This document shows positions 29,828-39,547 of a DNA stretch of 64,000 nucleotides, piece by piece (the first letter of the stretch is position 1; every line of letters starts with the position of its first letter). The notes under the pieces are model-generated. The model did not search any database. It was not told where the DNA came from and saw only the letters and a list, made by a program, of their open reading frames with translations. A program made the translations under genes and the position numbers. This stretch comes from Longimicrobiales bacterium. Its GTDB lineage: Bacteria > Gemmatimonadota > Gemmatimonadetes > Longimicrobiales > Gaopeijiaceae. The stretch spans positions 1,792,001 to 1,856,000 of the forward strand of contig OZ250165.1 in NCBI GenBank assembly GCA_965238005.1, in the 5' to 3' direction.

Positions 29828-31438
29828 ATGGCCGAGAACGGACGGAACATCGAGAACGTCGCGCTGACCATCGACGGACAGGAGGTGACCGTCCCCAAGG
29901 GGACCACGATCCTGCAGGCCGCACAGGGCGAGGGGACCGAGATCCCTCACTACTGCTATCATCCGGGGCTTTCGTCACCGGCCATGTGCCGCCTCTGCCT
30001 GGTGGAGGTAGAGGGCGCTCCCAAGCTGCTCCCCTCCTGCACCACGCAGGTCGCCCAGGACCAGGTCGTGCACACCGCGAGCGAACAGGCGCTGCGGATG
30101 CGGACCGGGGTGCTGGAGTTCTACCTGGTGAACCATCCCCTGGACTGCCCCATCTGTGACCAGTCCGGAGAATGTGAGCTCCAGGACTACGTCTTCGCGG
30201 AGGGGAGGGAGCATGGGCGGGGCCGCGAGCCCAAGCGCGTGTTCGGGCGCGACGACTTCGGTGGTGACGTCCTCTTCTACGGTGACCGCTGCGTCATGTG
30301 CACGCGCTGCGTCCGGTTCATGAACGAGATGGAGCAGAACCCGCTATTGGCCGTGGTCGAGCGCGGCAGCCGCTCGGTCATCGACACCTTTTTCGAATCC
30401 GGTCTGGAAGAGGCGGATTGGGCGGGCAACGTGGTGGACATCTGCCCGGTGGGAGCGCTCGTCTCCAAGGACTTCCTGCACAAGGCCCGGGCCTGGGATC
30501 TCGAGCACACGCCGTCCGTATGCCCCAACTGCAGCCAAGGGTGCAACATCGAGCTCCACACCCGGGACAACCTCGTCCATCGGATGACGCCACGGCACAA
30601 CCCGGACGTGAACGGCCACTGGATCTGCGACTACGGCCGTGCTCGCTATGAGTGGCTCAATCGCGGCGATCGTCTCGAGGTGCCGGTGGTCCGGAGCTCG
30701 GGGCAAAGCACGGCCATGGGGTGGAAGGAGGCCCTGGCAGCCCTGAAGGACCGCCTGGAGGGCGGAAACGGGGGCGTGAAGGCCGTCGTGTCGCCGTTCT
30801 GGTCCAACGAGGACCTGGGGGCGGTAGCACGCCTGGTGGACTCCTTGGGCGGCGGAGAGGTCGTCTACCGGTCGCCCCGGAGCGATGAGGAGGTGGCCTT
30901 GGCCGGCTACGAGGGGCTCGCCCGTCGCAAGGACCTGGCTCCCAACGTTCGGGGGGCCGAACTCCTCGGCTTCACCCGCGTCGGCGACGACTCTGGGCAG
31001 GGCGGCCTGAACGACTTCGCGGGCCACACCGGAGTGATCCTGGTGCTGGGAGACTCCCTCGAAGACGCGCCGGAGGGATTCGGCGCCGAGGCGGAGGCCG
31101 TCGTCAACCTGGGAGCGTATACGTCGCCTCCTCTGGCCGCGGCAGACTTCGCCCTCCCCACAACCACATTCGCTGAGCAGGAAGGGACCTTCACGAGTCA
31201 TGCGGGCCGGGTTCAACGGTTCTGGCCCGCGTTGGACGGCCCAGGGACGGCGAGACCGGCCTGGCTTGTTCTGGGGGCACTCGTAGGGGCCCTCGAGGGC
31301 CACGATGGGCCACGCAGGGCGGATCAAGCCTTCCAGCTCCTGTCGGCGCAGGTGCCGGCCTACGAAGGGATCGACTACGAGGACTTGAGCCTCCAGGGTG
31401 CCCAGACCAACGCAACCGTGTCGTTGGCGGGGGACTGA
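29828..31438 (+). CDS. nuoG: NADH-quinone oxidoreductase subunit G (short form)
   Basis: CYHPGL...CRLC, HPLDCPICDQSGEC, CVMCTRC, CPNCSQGC. Confidence 0.95.
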   Translation: MAENGRNIENVALTIDGQEVTVPKGTTILQAAQGEGTEIPHYCYHPGLSSPAMCRLCLVEVEGAPKLLPSCTTQVAQDQVVHTASEQALRMRTGVLEFYLVNHPLDCPICDQSGECELQDYVFAEGREHGRGREPKRVFGRDDFGGDVLFYGDRCVMCTRCVRFMNEMEQNPLLAVVERGSRSVIDTFFESGLEEADWAGNVVDICPVGALVSKDFLHKARAWDLEHTPSVCPNCSQGCNIELHTRDNLVHRMTPRHNPDVNGHWICDYGRARYEWLNRGDRLEVPVVRSSGQSTAMGWKEALAALKDRLEGGNGGVKAVVSPFWSNEDLGAVARLVDSLGGGEVVYRSPRSDEEVALAGYEGLARRKDLAPNVRGAELLGFTRVGDDSGQGGLNDFAGHTGVILVLGDSLEDAPEGFGAEAEAVVNLGAYTSPPLAAADFALPTTTFAEQEGTFTSHAGRVQRFWPALDGPGTARPAWLVLGALVGALEGHDGPRRADQAFQLLSAQVPAYEGIDYEDLSLQGAQTNATVSLAGD

Positions 31439-31439
31439 C

Positions 31440-32711
31440 ATGGACGTGCTCCAGCCCATTGCCGGCATCCCGCTCCTGGTGGCCTCCTCTCTCAAGATCG
31501 CCGTCATGTTCGGCGTGGTGATGCTTACCGTGGCGTACACGACGCTGGCCGAGCGACGCTTGTCGGCGTTCATCCAGGACCGCATGGGTCCCAACCGCGT
31601 GGGTCCCTTCGGGCTTCTCCAGCCCATCGCCGACGGCCTCAAGAACCTAGTGAAGGAAGAGACGCTCCCTGCCTCCTCGTCCAAGCTCTACTTCATGCTC
31701 GGGCCCATGCTTGCCATGGTCCCGGCGCTTGTGACGTTCGCCGTCGTGCCCTTCGCGGCGCCTCTGCCCACTCCCTGGGGAGTGGTGGACATGATCATCG
31801 CCGACGTCCCCATCGGCATCCTCTATATCCTCGCGTTGAGCTCGCTGGGGGTATACGGGATCGTCATCTCGGGCTGGGCGTCGAACAACAAGTACGCCTT
31901 CTTGGGCGCGCTGCGGGCCTCGGCCCAGATGGTGAGTTATGAAGTGCCCCTGGGGCTGAGCCTCCTCGTGGTCCTGATGCTCGCAGGGAACGTCACGCTC
32001 ACCGAGATCGTCTGGAAGCAGCAGCAGCTGGACCTCTGGTACGTTCTGCCTCTCTCACTCGGGTTCATCCTCTTCGTGATCGCCGCCTTCGCCGAGACGA
32101 ACCGGCTCCCGTTCGACATGCCGGAGGCCGAGTCCGAGCTCATCACGGGATTCCACACCGAGTACTCGGCCATGAAGTTCTCCATGTTCTTCATCGCCGA
32201 ATATTCCCACATGTTGACGGCCTCAGCCCTCATGGCCACCCTCTTCTTCGGGGGGTGGGACCTCCCGGGGACCTGGGACGACGCCTTTTGGTACGGAGGC
32301 TCTCTGGTCAGCGGGTTCGGCGCGGACGGCGCACCCATCGCAGCGGTACCGGCCGTATGGAAGACGCTCCTCACCTTCGCGGCTTTCGCGGCTAAGACGG
32401 CGTTCTTTCTCCTGCTGTACATCTGGGTCCGCTGGACGTTGCCGCGTTTCCGTTACGACCAGGTCATGCAGCTGGGTTGGAAGGTCCTCCTCCCCACGGC
32501 CCTGGCCTACGTGATGGTCATGGCCGGGACCATGTTGATCCTCGATCAGGTGGGGGTGACGTATGGGTTCACCTACGGCCTCGCGCTGACGGCGGTGAGC
32601 ACCGTATGCACGGTGGCCTTCGTCTTCCACCTCGATCGCGGTCGGATCATCGGGGGTGCTGCAGCCGGCAGGGTGAGGGCCCTCGAAGAGGCGCCGGCCT
32701 CAGGAGATTAG
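31440..32711 (+). CDS. nuoH: NADH-quinone oxidoreductase subunit H
   Basis: GPNRVGPFGLLQPIADG, ETNRLPFD, RFRYDQ. Confidence 0.97.
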   Translation: MDVLQPIAGIPLLVASSLKIAVMFGVVMLTVAYTTLAERRLSAFIQDRMGPNRVGPFGLLQPIADGLKNLVKEETLPASSSKLYFMLGPMLAMVPALVTFAVVPFAAPLPTPWGVVDMIIADVPIGILYILALSSLGVYGIVISGWASNNKYAFLGALRASAQMVSYEVPLGLSLLVVLMLAGNVTLTEIVWKQQQLDLWYVLPLSLGFILFVIAAFAETNRLPFDMPEAESELITGFHTEYSAMKFSMFFIAEYSHMLTASALMATLFFGGWDLPGTWDDAFWYGGSLVSGFGADGAPIAAVPAVWKTLLTFAAFAAKTAFFLLLYIWVRWTLPRFRYDQVMQLGWKVLLPTALAYVMVMAGTMLILDQVGVTYGFTYGLALTAVSTVCTVAFVFHLDRGRIIGGAAAGRVRALEEAPASGD

Positions 32712-32756
32712 AATGTACAGCAGACCATCAACCGTAACTCGTTTCGGGGAAATGAC

Positions 32757-33257
32757 ATGGCTGTAACCGTAAAGGTCGTCCGTAGGCCCGATCCGGGACG
32801 CACGTCGTATCTGAGGGCCGCCCTCAAGGGCATGTCCGTGACGCTCCGTCACATGGTGAACCCGGACAACGTGACACAGCAGTACCCCGAGGAGCAGACT
32901 GAGCTGAGTCCAAGGTGGAGGGGCACACACCGCATGGAGGTCCACGCCGACGGGCGGCCCAAGTGCGTGGCGTGCGGGCTCTGTCCCACGGTTTGTCCCG
33001 CGAACTGCATCCGCCTCGTGGGTGGCGAGGACGACCAGGGGAACCGGTATCCCATCGTTTTCGAGATCGACGAGTTCCGCTGCATCTTCTGCGGAATGTG
33101 CCAGGAGGTATGCCCCGTAGAGGCCATCCACATGGGCCGTGACTTCGAGAACGCCGAGTACTCGCGGGACCGCTTCGTCTACGACCTGGACCGCCTCATG
33201 GAGGTGGACCACCCGCTAACCTTGTTGTGGGATCCCGAGGATCCGAAGAGTGAGTGA
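32757..33257 (+). CDS. nuoI: NADH-quinone oxidoreductase subunit I
   Basis: Two CxxCxxCxxxCP motifs. Confidence 0.96.
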   Translation: MAVTVKVVRRPDPGRTSYLRAALKGMSVTLRHMVNPDNVTQQYPEEQTELSPRWRGTHRMEVHADGRPKCVACGLCPTVCPANCIRLVGGEDDQGNRYPIVFEIDEFRCIFCGMCQEVCPVEAIHMGRDFENAEYSRDRFVYDLDRLMEVDHPLTLLWDPEDPKSE

Positions 33258-33295
33258 TGGAGTTATGAGGTCGGCGCCATGCGAAAACGATAGAC

Positions 33296-33817
33296 ATGGC
33301 TGATCTGCTCTTCTACGTATTCGCCGCCGTAGCGGTCGGGGGCGCTTTCGGCGTGGTGATGGGGCGAAGCCCCATAGCGAGCCTGATGTTCATGGTGGCC
33401 AGCCTGGCGAGCATCGCCGGCATCTTCGTGCTGCTGGAGGCCCATTTCCTGGCGGCCATCCAGATCATGGTCTACGCCGGGGCCATCATGGTGCTCTTCC
33501 TCTTCGTCATCATGCTCCTGAACCTGGGCCACGACTATCAGCGTGACATCCGGGGCGGCATCGCCATGATCTTCGGCTTCGCCGTGGCGGGAGGCCTGGG
33601 CGGCCTGCTGGCGAGGCAGCTCGGCAGCGGATCCGGCGGGTTGGAGAGCGGCCTCGGGGCGGCCGACGCCATCGACGCGGCTCTGTTGGAGTACGGGGCG
33701 ATAGGCTCCATCGCCCGGCCCCTCTTCACGGACTACGTGGTCCCCTTCGAGCTCACGGGAATCCTGCTCCTCGTGGCCATCGTAGGTGCCATCGTCCTGG
33801 CCAAGAAGGAGGTGTGA
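33296..33817 (+). CDS. nuoJ: NADH-quinone oxidoreductase subunit J
   Basis: [20 protein letters not shown]. Confidence 0.96.
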   Translation: MADLLFYVFAAVAVGGAFGVVMGRSPIASLMFMVASLASIAGIFVLLEAHFLAAIQIMVYAGAIMVLFLFVIMLLNLGHDYQRDIRGGIAMIFGFAVAGGLGGLLARQLGSGSGGLESGLGAADAIDAALLEYGAIGSIARPLFTDYVVPFELTGILLLVAIVGAIVLAKKEV

Positions 33818-34122
33818 TGGGGAGCGACATGCTCGCCGAGTCCCTGATCCTCTCGGCCCTGATTTTCGTCATCGGGACCATGGGCGTCATCGTGCGCCGC
33901 AACGTCATAATCATGTTCCTGTGCATCGAGCTTCAGCTCAACGCCGTGAACCTGACCTTCGTGGCCTTCTCCCGATACGTGGGAATCGAGGGCCAGCTCT
34001 TCGTCTTCTTCGTGATGACGGTGGCGGCGGCCGAGGCCGCCGTCGGGCTGGCCATCATCATCTCGATCTTCCGGCACTACGAGACGGCGAACGTGGACAA
34101 CTTCAACCTGCTCAAGTGGTAG
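33817..34122 (+). CDS. nuoK: NADH-quinone oxidoreductase subunit K
   Basis: [20 protein letters not shown]; alternative start at 33829. Confidence 0.96.
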   Translation: MGSDMLAESLILSALIFVIGTMGVIVRRNVIIMFLCIELQLNAVNLTFVAFSRYVGIEGQLFVFFVMTVAAAEAAVGLAIIISIFRHYETANVDNFNLLKW

Positions 34123-34126
34123 CGTC

Positions 34127-36283
34127 GTGACGAATCTCGGACTCTACCTGATTCAGGCGGTGGAGGGCGCGGAGGCCCACCGAGCCTGGGAGCCCGTCCT
34201 GCCCGGGCTCATCATCCTGCTGCCGCTCCTGGGCTTCCTGATCAACGGAGCCCTGGCGCTGTCTGCGGCGCGCATCTCCGCCGACGCCGTGCGAGCCGGC
34301 GGCGAGCACGACTTCCTTGGGCGTGGCCGTCCCAGGACCCACAGCTGGCCCACCTGGATCGGCCCCGGCGTGATGGGCCTGGCCTTCCTCCTCACGGTGG
34401 TAAACTTCGTGGGGATGGTGGGAGCCGAGATCCACGAGCCCGTCGTCCGCAGCTACTGGACCTGGATGGTCACGGGCAGCTTCGAGGTCGCCGCCGCCAT
34501 CCAGCTCGACCAGCTCGCCATGGTCATGATGTTGGTCATCACCGGTGTCGGCTTCCTGATCCACGTGTTCAGCGTCGGGTACATGCAGGACGACCCGGGC
34601 TACCCCCGGTACTTCGCCTACCTGAATCTCTTCGTCTTTTTCATGCTGATCCTGGTCATGGGATCGAGCTATGCGGTCATGTTCGTGGGCTGGGAGGGCG
34701 TCGGGCTCTGTTCCTACCTGCTCATCGGCTACTGGTTCAGCGACGAGGAGAAGGCGTCGGCGGGGAAGAAGGCGTTCATCGTCAACCGGATCGGGGACCT
34801 GGGTTTCCTACTGGCCGTCTTCCTGTTGTTCGTGGCCTTCGGATCCATGGACTTCGTGGACGTTTTCGGAGGAGCCGAGGACGTCTTCGAGTACGGCGGA
34901 CCGCTCGTCACCACCGTGACCCTCTTCTTCCTCGTGGCGGCCACCGGGAAGAGCGCGCAGATCCCGCTCTACATCTGGCTGCCCGACGCCATGTGGGGCC
35001 CGACGCCGGTCTCGGCCCTAATCCACGCCGCCACCATGGTGACGGCGGGCGTCTACCTGGTCGTGCGATCGTCGCTCCTTTTCGCTCTGGCGCCCCTCAG
35101 TAGCGCGGCGGTGGCCGGAATAGGCGTGCTCACGGCCCTCTTCGCAGCGACCATCGCGCTCAAGCAATACGACATCAAGCGGGTGCTGGCGTACTCCACC
35201 GTGTCCCAGCTCGGTTACATGTTCCTGGGAGTCGGGGTAGGGGCCTACACGGCCGGCGTGTTCCACCTCATGACCCACGCCTTCTTCAAGGCGCTCCTCT
35301 TCCTGGGCTCCGGCGCGGTGATCCACTCCATACACCACGCCCTGCACCACACCCACAAGGACTGGGACGCCCAGGACATGCGCAACATGGGTGGGCTCAG
35401 GCAATACATGCCCATCACGTGGGTCACCATGTGGCTCGCCACCCTGGCCATCGCCGGGATCTGGCCCTTTGCCGGGTTCTTCAGCAAGGACGAGATCATC
35501 TGGATGACCGGCGCTATGGCCGGGGCGGAGAACGCTCCCTACGGCGGCCTATATACGGTCTACTGGGTGATGGCGTTGGCGACGGCCATGCTCACCGCGT
35601 TCTACATGACGCGCCTCATGGTCATGACCTTCCACGGCACGAACAGGATCGGGTCGGAAGAGGCCCGGCATCTCCATGAGGCCCCGAAGACCATGTGGAT
35701 CCCGCTGGCCATCCTGGCGGCATTGTCGGTGGTGGGCGGCTGGGTCAACGTGTCCGAGGACCTTCAAAGGTCGTTCCTGGGCGGCTTCGGCATCCTTCCC
35801 ATGTCCGAATCGCTGCACCACTGGCTCGAGCCCGTGACGGAGGCCGCCCACCGCGTGCAGGAGACTCATCTGGGCGGGATCGCCCACTCGGCGCCCTTGG
35901 GAGGAGGCGAGGTGGCCTGGGGGCTCATCTCCACGGTGGGCGCCCTCATCGTCGTCATGGCCACGATCCGGCTGCTGACCCCCAAAGACGTCCCGGTCGC
36001 GACGGAAGATGCGGCGCCCACGGGCTTCGCTGGCATCCTCTACAACAAGTGGTACGTGGACGAGCTGTACGACCGCATCGTGGTCCACCCGATCCAGGCC
36101 CTGTCCCGCTTCTCGTGGCGTGTCATCGACACAGGCATCATCGACGGATTCGTCAATCTGGTCGGGAACGGGGCGCGAGCTCTGGGTTGGGTCGGTAGCC
36201 TCTTCCAGACCGGCCAAGTGAACACGTACGCATTCTTCTTTACAGTTGGGGTGCTAGTGATCCTCGGGATGGTAGCTTTCTAG
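34127..36283 (+). CDS. nuoL: NADH-quinone oxidoreductase subunit L
   Basis: GWEGVGLCSYLLIG, GKSAQIPL, PTPVSALIHAATMV. Confidence 0.97.
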   Translation: MTNLGLYLIQAVEGAEAHRAWEPVLPGLIILLPLLGFLINGALALSAARISADAVRAGGEHDFLGRGRPRTHSWPTWIGPGVMGLAFLLTVVNFVGMVGAEIHEPVVRSYWTWMVTGSFEVAAAIQLDQLAMVMMLVITGVGFLIHVFSVGYMQDDPGYPRYFAYLNLFVFFMLILVMGSSYAVMFVGWEGVGLCSYLLIGYWFSDEEKASAGKKAFIVNRIGDLGFLLAVFLLFVAFGSMDFVDVFGGAEDVFEYGGPLVTTVTLFFLVAATGKSAQIPLYIWLPDAMWGPTPVSALIHAATMVTAGVYLVVRSSLLFALAPLSSAAVAGIGVLTALFAATIALKQYDIKRVLAYSTVSQLGYMFLGVGVGAYTAGVFHLMTHAFFKALLFLGSGAVIHSIHHALHHTHKDWDAQDMRNMGGLRQYMPITWVTMWLATLAIAGIWPFAGFFSKDEIIWMTGAMAGAENAPYGGLYTVYWVMALATAMLTAFYMTRLMVMTFHGTNRIGSEEARHLHEAPKTMWIPLAILAALSVVGGWVNVSEDLQRSFLGGFGILPMSESLHHWLEPVTEAAHRVQETHLGGIAHSAPLGGGEVAWGLISTVGALIVVMATIRLLTPKDVPVATEDAAPTGFAGILYNKWYVDELYDRIVVHPIQALSRFSWRVIDTGIIDGFVNLVGNGARALGWVGSLFQTGQVNTYAFFFTVGVLVILGMVAF

Positions 36284-36429
36284 TGGGTGGGACGCTGAAA
36301 TCGGCCCCACCCACGCCTCGGCGCGGGTACCCGGGTGTCGCCTCTCGTCGGCGCGCCTGCGAAGTACCTTTCGGTACTCCTCGTTGCACCTCCTCGGGCT
36401 CCTACCCCTGCATCCGATTTGAGCGTCCC
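36281..36429. repeat. Copy of the modular repeat between nuoL and nuoM
   Basis: IR GGGACGCTGAAATCGG (36289-36304) / CCGATTTGAGCGTCCC (36414-36429); internal ACCCACGC..CGGCGCGGGTACCC shared with the 47395 and 60625 elements. Confidence 0.75.
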
Positions 36430-36446
36430 CTGGACATTGTGGTGAC

Positions 36447-38015
36447 ATGCTGAACGCTCTCGCCTACGACTCTTGGGCGCTGCATGCGCTCATCTGGCTG
36501 CCCCTGGTGGGGATGGTCCACGTGCTGTGGGCCCCTGAGGAGCGGGCCAAGCACCTGGCGCTCTGGTGGAGCGTGGCGGTCTTCGTCCTGAGCCTGGGAC
36601 TCTGGTGGGCGTACGATCCGACGATGGGTGCCGGTGGATATCAGCTCACGAGCAGCCGGCCGTGGATCGGCCAGTGGGGTGTGAGCTACGCCCTGGGACT
36701 CGACGGCATCAGCTTGTTCATGGTGCTGCTGACGACGTTTACGACGCCGCTCGCCATCCTGGGGTCCTTCAACTACATCAAGAAGAACGAGAAGGCCTTC
36801 TACGCCCTGATGCTCCTCCTGGAGGTCGGGGTCGTGGGTGTCTTCGCCGCGGTGGATCTCTTCCTCTTCTACGTGTTCTTCGAGCTCACCCTGGTCCCCA
36901 TGTACTTCATCGTGGGCATCTGGGGCGGCGAGCGCAGGGTCTATGCGGCGGTGAAGTTCTTCCTGTTCACCTCCTTTGGATCGCTTCTCATGCTGGTGGC
37001 GATCCTCTACCTGTACTTCCGGGCGAAGACGCTTATGGGCGTCACTTCGTTCGCGTTCCTGGACCTGCTGCAGGTTCCGCTGTCTCCCGCGGAGCAGTTC
37101 TGGCTCTTCTCGGCATTCGCGCTGGCCTTCGCCATCAAGGTGCCGCTCTTCCCGTTCCACACCTGGCTTCCCGATGCGCACGTCGAGGCTCCCACTCCGG
37201 GCTCGGTCGTGCTGGCCGCGGTCCTCCTGAAGATGGGAACCTACGGGTTCGTGCGGTTCCTGCTGCCCTTCTTCCCGGTGGCCTCCCAACACCCCACTGT
37301 GATCATGACGATGCTGACCCTGGGCGTGGTGGGAATCATCTACGCGGCCTGGGTGGCGGCGGTGCAGCCCGACGCCAAGAAGCTCGTGGCGTACACCTCC
37401 GTGGCCCACATGGGCTTCGTGGTCATCGGGGTCTTCGCCCTCAGCATCAACGGCCTCCAGGGTGGGATGCTCATCATGATCTCCCACGGGATCTCCACGG
37501 GCGCCCTGTTCCTCTTGCTCGGCATGCTCCATGAGCGCCGGCACACCCGGGCGATCGAGGACTTCGGCGGTCTGGGCCGCGTGGCGCCCTGGTTCGCCAC
37601 GGCCTTCGTCATTACGGCGCTGGCCTCCATCGGCCTCCCGGGCACGAGCGGCTTCCCCGGCGAGTTCCTGGCGCTCCTGGGCACGTTCGAGAACCATCCC
37701 GTGATGGGAGTCCTAGCGGCTACGGGAGTGATCTTCGCAGCGTACTACATGCTGCCCATGGTCCAGCGCATCTTCTTCAACGCGCTCGACCAGGAGGAAA
37801 ACAGGAAGGTCGAGGATCTGTCCCGGCGGGAGATCACCATTCTGGCCCCCATGATCGCCCTCATGATCTGGATCGGTGTGTATCCCACCCCCTTCCTGCT
37901 GCGCATGGAGCCCAGCGTGCAGGCGGTGCTGGAGCGCGTCGAGGCCGCGGCACCAGTGCAAGTCACCCAGACCGAAGCCCCCGATACGAAGACCGCCGAT
38001 ACGGCAGTCGACTAG
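36447..38015 (+). CDS. nuoM: NADH-quinone oxidoreductase subunit M
   Basis: PFHTWLPDAHVEAPT, LLKMGTYG, AYTSVAHMG. Confidence 0.97.
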   Translation: MLNALAYDSWALHALIWLPLVGMVHVLWAPEERAKHLALWWSVAVFVLSLGLWWAYDPTMGAGGYQLTSSRPWIGQWGVSYALGLDGISLFMVLLTTFTTPLAILGSFNYIKKNEKAFYALMLLLEVGVVGVFAAVDLFLFYVFFELTLVPMYFIVGIWGGERRVYAAVKFFLFTSFGSLLMLVAILYLYFRAKTLMGVTSFAFLDLLQVPLSPAEQFWLFSAFALAFAIKVPLFPFHTWLPDAHVEAPTPGSVVLAAVLLKMGTYGFVRFLLPFFPVASQHPTVIMTMLTLGVVGIIYAAWVAAVQPDAKKLVAYTSVAHMGFVVIGVFALSINGLQGGMLIMISHGISTGALFLLLGMLHERRHTRAIEDFGGLGRVAPWFATAFVITALASIGLPGTSGFPGEFLALLGTFENHPVMGVLAATGVIFAAYYMLPMVQRIFFNALDQEENRKVEDLSRREITILAPMIALMIWIGVYPTPFLLRMEPSVQAVLERVEAAAPVQVTQTEAPDTKTADTAVD

Positions 38016-38031
38016 AGAGGCCTCTAGATAT

Positions 38032-39540
38032 ATGCAGCTCGACTTCAGCAATCAGGCCCACTTTCTCATCGCCCTGGCCCCAGAGTTCGTTCTCTCCGTG
38101 TGGGGCATGGTGATCCTCATACTGGGCGTGAGCCGGCGGCAGCGTACCAATCCCGACGCGGCCACCGATCTGGGCTGGATGTCTCTTATCGGAGTGCTGG
38201 TGGCGGCCTCGGTGAACGGTTGGCTCTATGGAGTCTCGGAGGTGGGCACCGGCTCCATGATCGCCGTGGACCGGTTCGCGCTCTTCGCCAACTGGATCTT
38301 CCTCGCTGCTGTGGGACTCGGCATCCTCATCTCCCTGGCCTACGTCAAGCGGCAGGAGCTGCAGGCCGGAGAGTTCTACGGGCTCCTCATTTACTCGACC
38401 GTAGGTCTGATGGTCATGGCGGCGGCCCGGGACCTCATCGTGATATTCCTGGGCCTGGAGATCATGTCCATCGCCGTCTACGCCCTCACGGCCATGAACC
38501 GCCGCGATCGCAAGTCGGCGGAAGCGGGCCTGAAGTACTTCATGCTGGGCGCCTTCTCCACGGGGTTCTTCCTCTATGGGATCGCCCTCGTGTACGGGGC
38601 GGCGGGCAGCACGCATATCGGCCGTATTGCGGATGTGGTCGCGAGCGGCAGTGCCCATGGAGCCTTCCTGGACTTCGGAATCGCCCTCCTGGCGGTGGGC
38701 TTCGCTTTCAAGGTCTCGGCGGTCCCGTTTCACATGTGGACTCCGGACGTCTACGAGGGGGCTCCCACGCCCGTCACTGCATTCATGGCCGTGGCCGTGA
38801 AGGCGGGGGCGTTCGTGGCCTTCCTGAGGGTGTTCTCGGTCGCATTCGGGGGTGCCTACGAGAGCTGGTGGGCCATCCTTTGGTGGCTGGCGGTCATTAC
38901 CATGATCGTCGCGAACCTCATCGCCCTCGTGCAGGTGAGCGTGAAGCGCATGCTGGCATACTCGGGAATCGCCCACGCCGGCTACCTCATGGTGGCGATG
39001 GTGGCGGCGAACGAGACGGCCGCGGCGGGTCTCCTCTTCTACCTGCTGGTCTACACCCTCATGAACATCGGTGCGTTCGGAGTGGTGGTCCTGGTGTCCC
39101 GCCAAAGCGAGGAGCGCCAGCAGATCGAGGACTACGCAGGCTTCGGTTGGCAGCAGCCGGTGCTCGGGGTCTTCCTCTCCGTCTTCCTCCTGTCCCTCGC
39201 GGGCTTCCCGGGTACGGGAGGGTTCATGGCGAAGATCTTCCTGCTCCAAGGGGCCATGGAGGCCGATCTGGTCTACCTGTCCGTCATCCTGGTACTGACG
39301 ACGCTCGTCTCGTACTGGTATTACCTGCGGGTGGCGTGGTTCATGTGGATGCGGGAGGCCCCTGCCGCAGACACCCACGAGGGGATCTCGGTGCCCCTGG
39401 CGATGCGGCTCGCCCTGGTCGTCGGCGTGGTCCTGGTGCTCTACCTGGGTGTCTTCCCGGGGGGTACCGTCGAATTCGCCCGGTCGAGCGTGCAGGGGCT
39501 CTCGGCCGTCGGGCAGGGGCTCGTCGGCCTAGCGCCATAG
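38032..39540 (+). CDS. nuoN: NADH-quinone oxidoreductase subunit N
   Basis: EAGLKYF, PFHMWTPDVYEGAP, KRMLAYS. Confidence 0.97.
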   Translation: MQLDFSNQAHFLIALAPEFVLSVWGMVILILGVSRRQRTNPDAATDLGWMSLIGVLVAASVNGWLYGVSEVGTGSMIAVDRFALFANWIFLAAVGLGILISLAYVKRQELQAGEFYGLLIYSTVGLMVMAAARDLIVIFLGLEIMSIAVYALTAMNRRDRKSAEAGLKYFMLGAFSTGFFLYGIALVYGAAGSTHIGRIADVVASGSAHGAFLDFGIALLAVGFAFKVSAVPFHMWTPDVYEGAPTPVTAFMAVAVKAGAFVAFLRVFSVAFGGAYESWWAILWWLAVITMIVANLIALVQVSVKRMLAYSGIAHAGYLMVAMVAANETAAAGLLFYLLVYTLMNIGAFGVVVLVSRQSEERQQIEDYAGFGWQQPVLGVFLSVFLLSLAGFPGTGGFMAKIFLLQGAMEADLVYLSVILVLTTLVSYWYYLRVAWFMWMREAPAADTHEGISVPLAMRLALVVGVVLVLYLGVFPGGTVEFARSSVQGLSAVGQGLVGLAP

Positions 39541-39547
39541 AAGCTAC

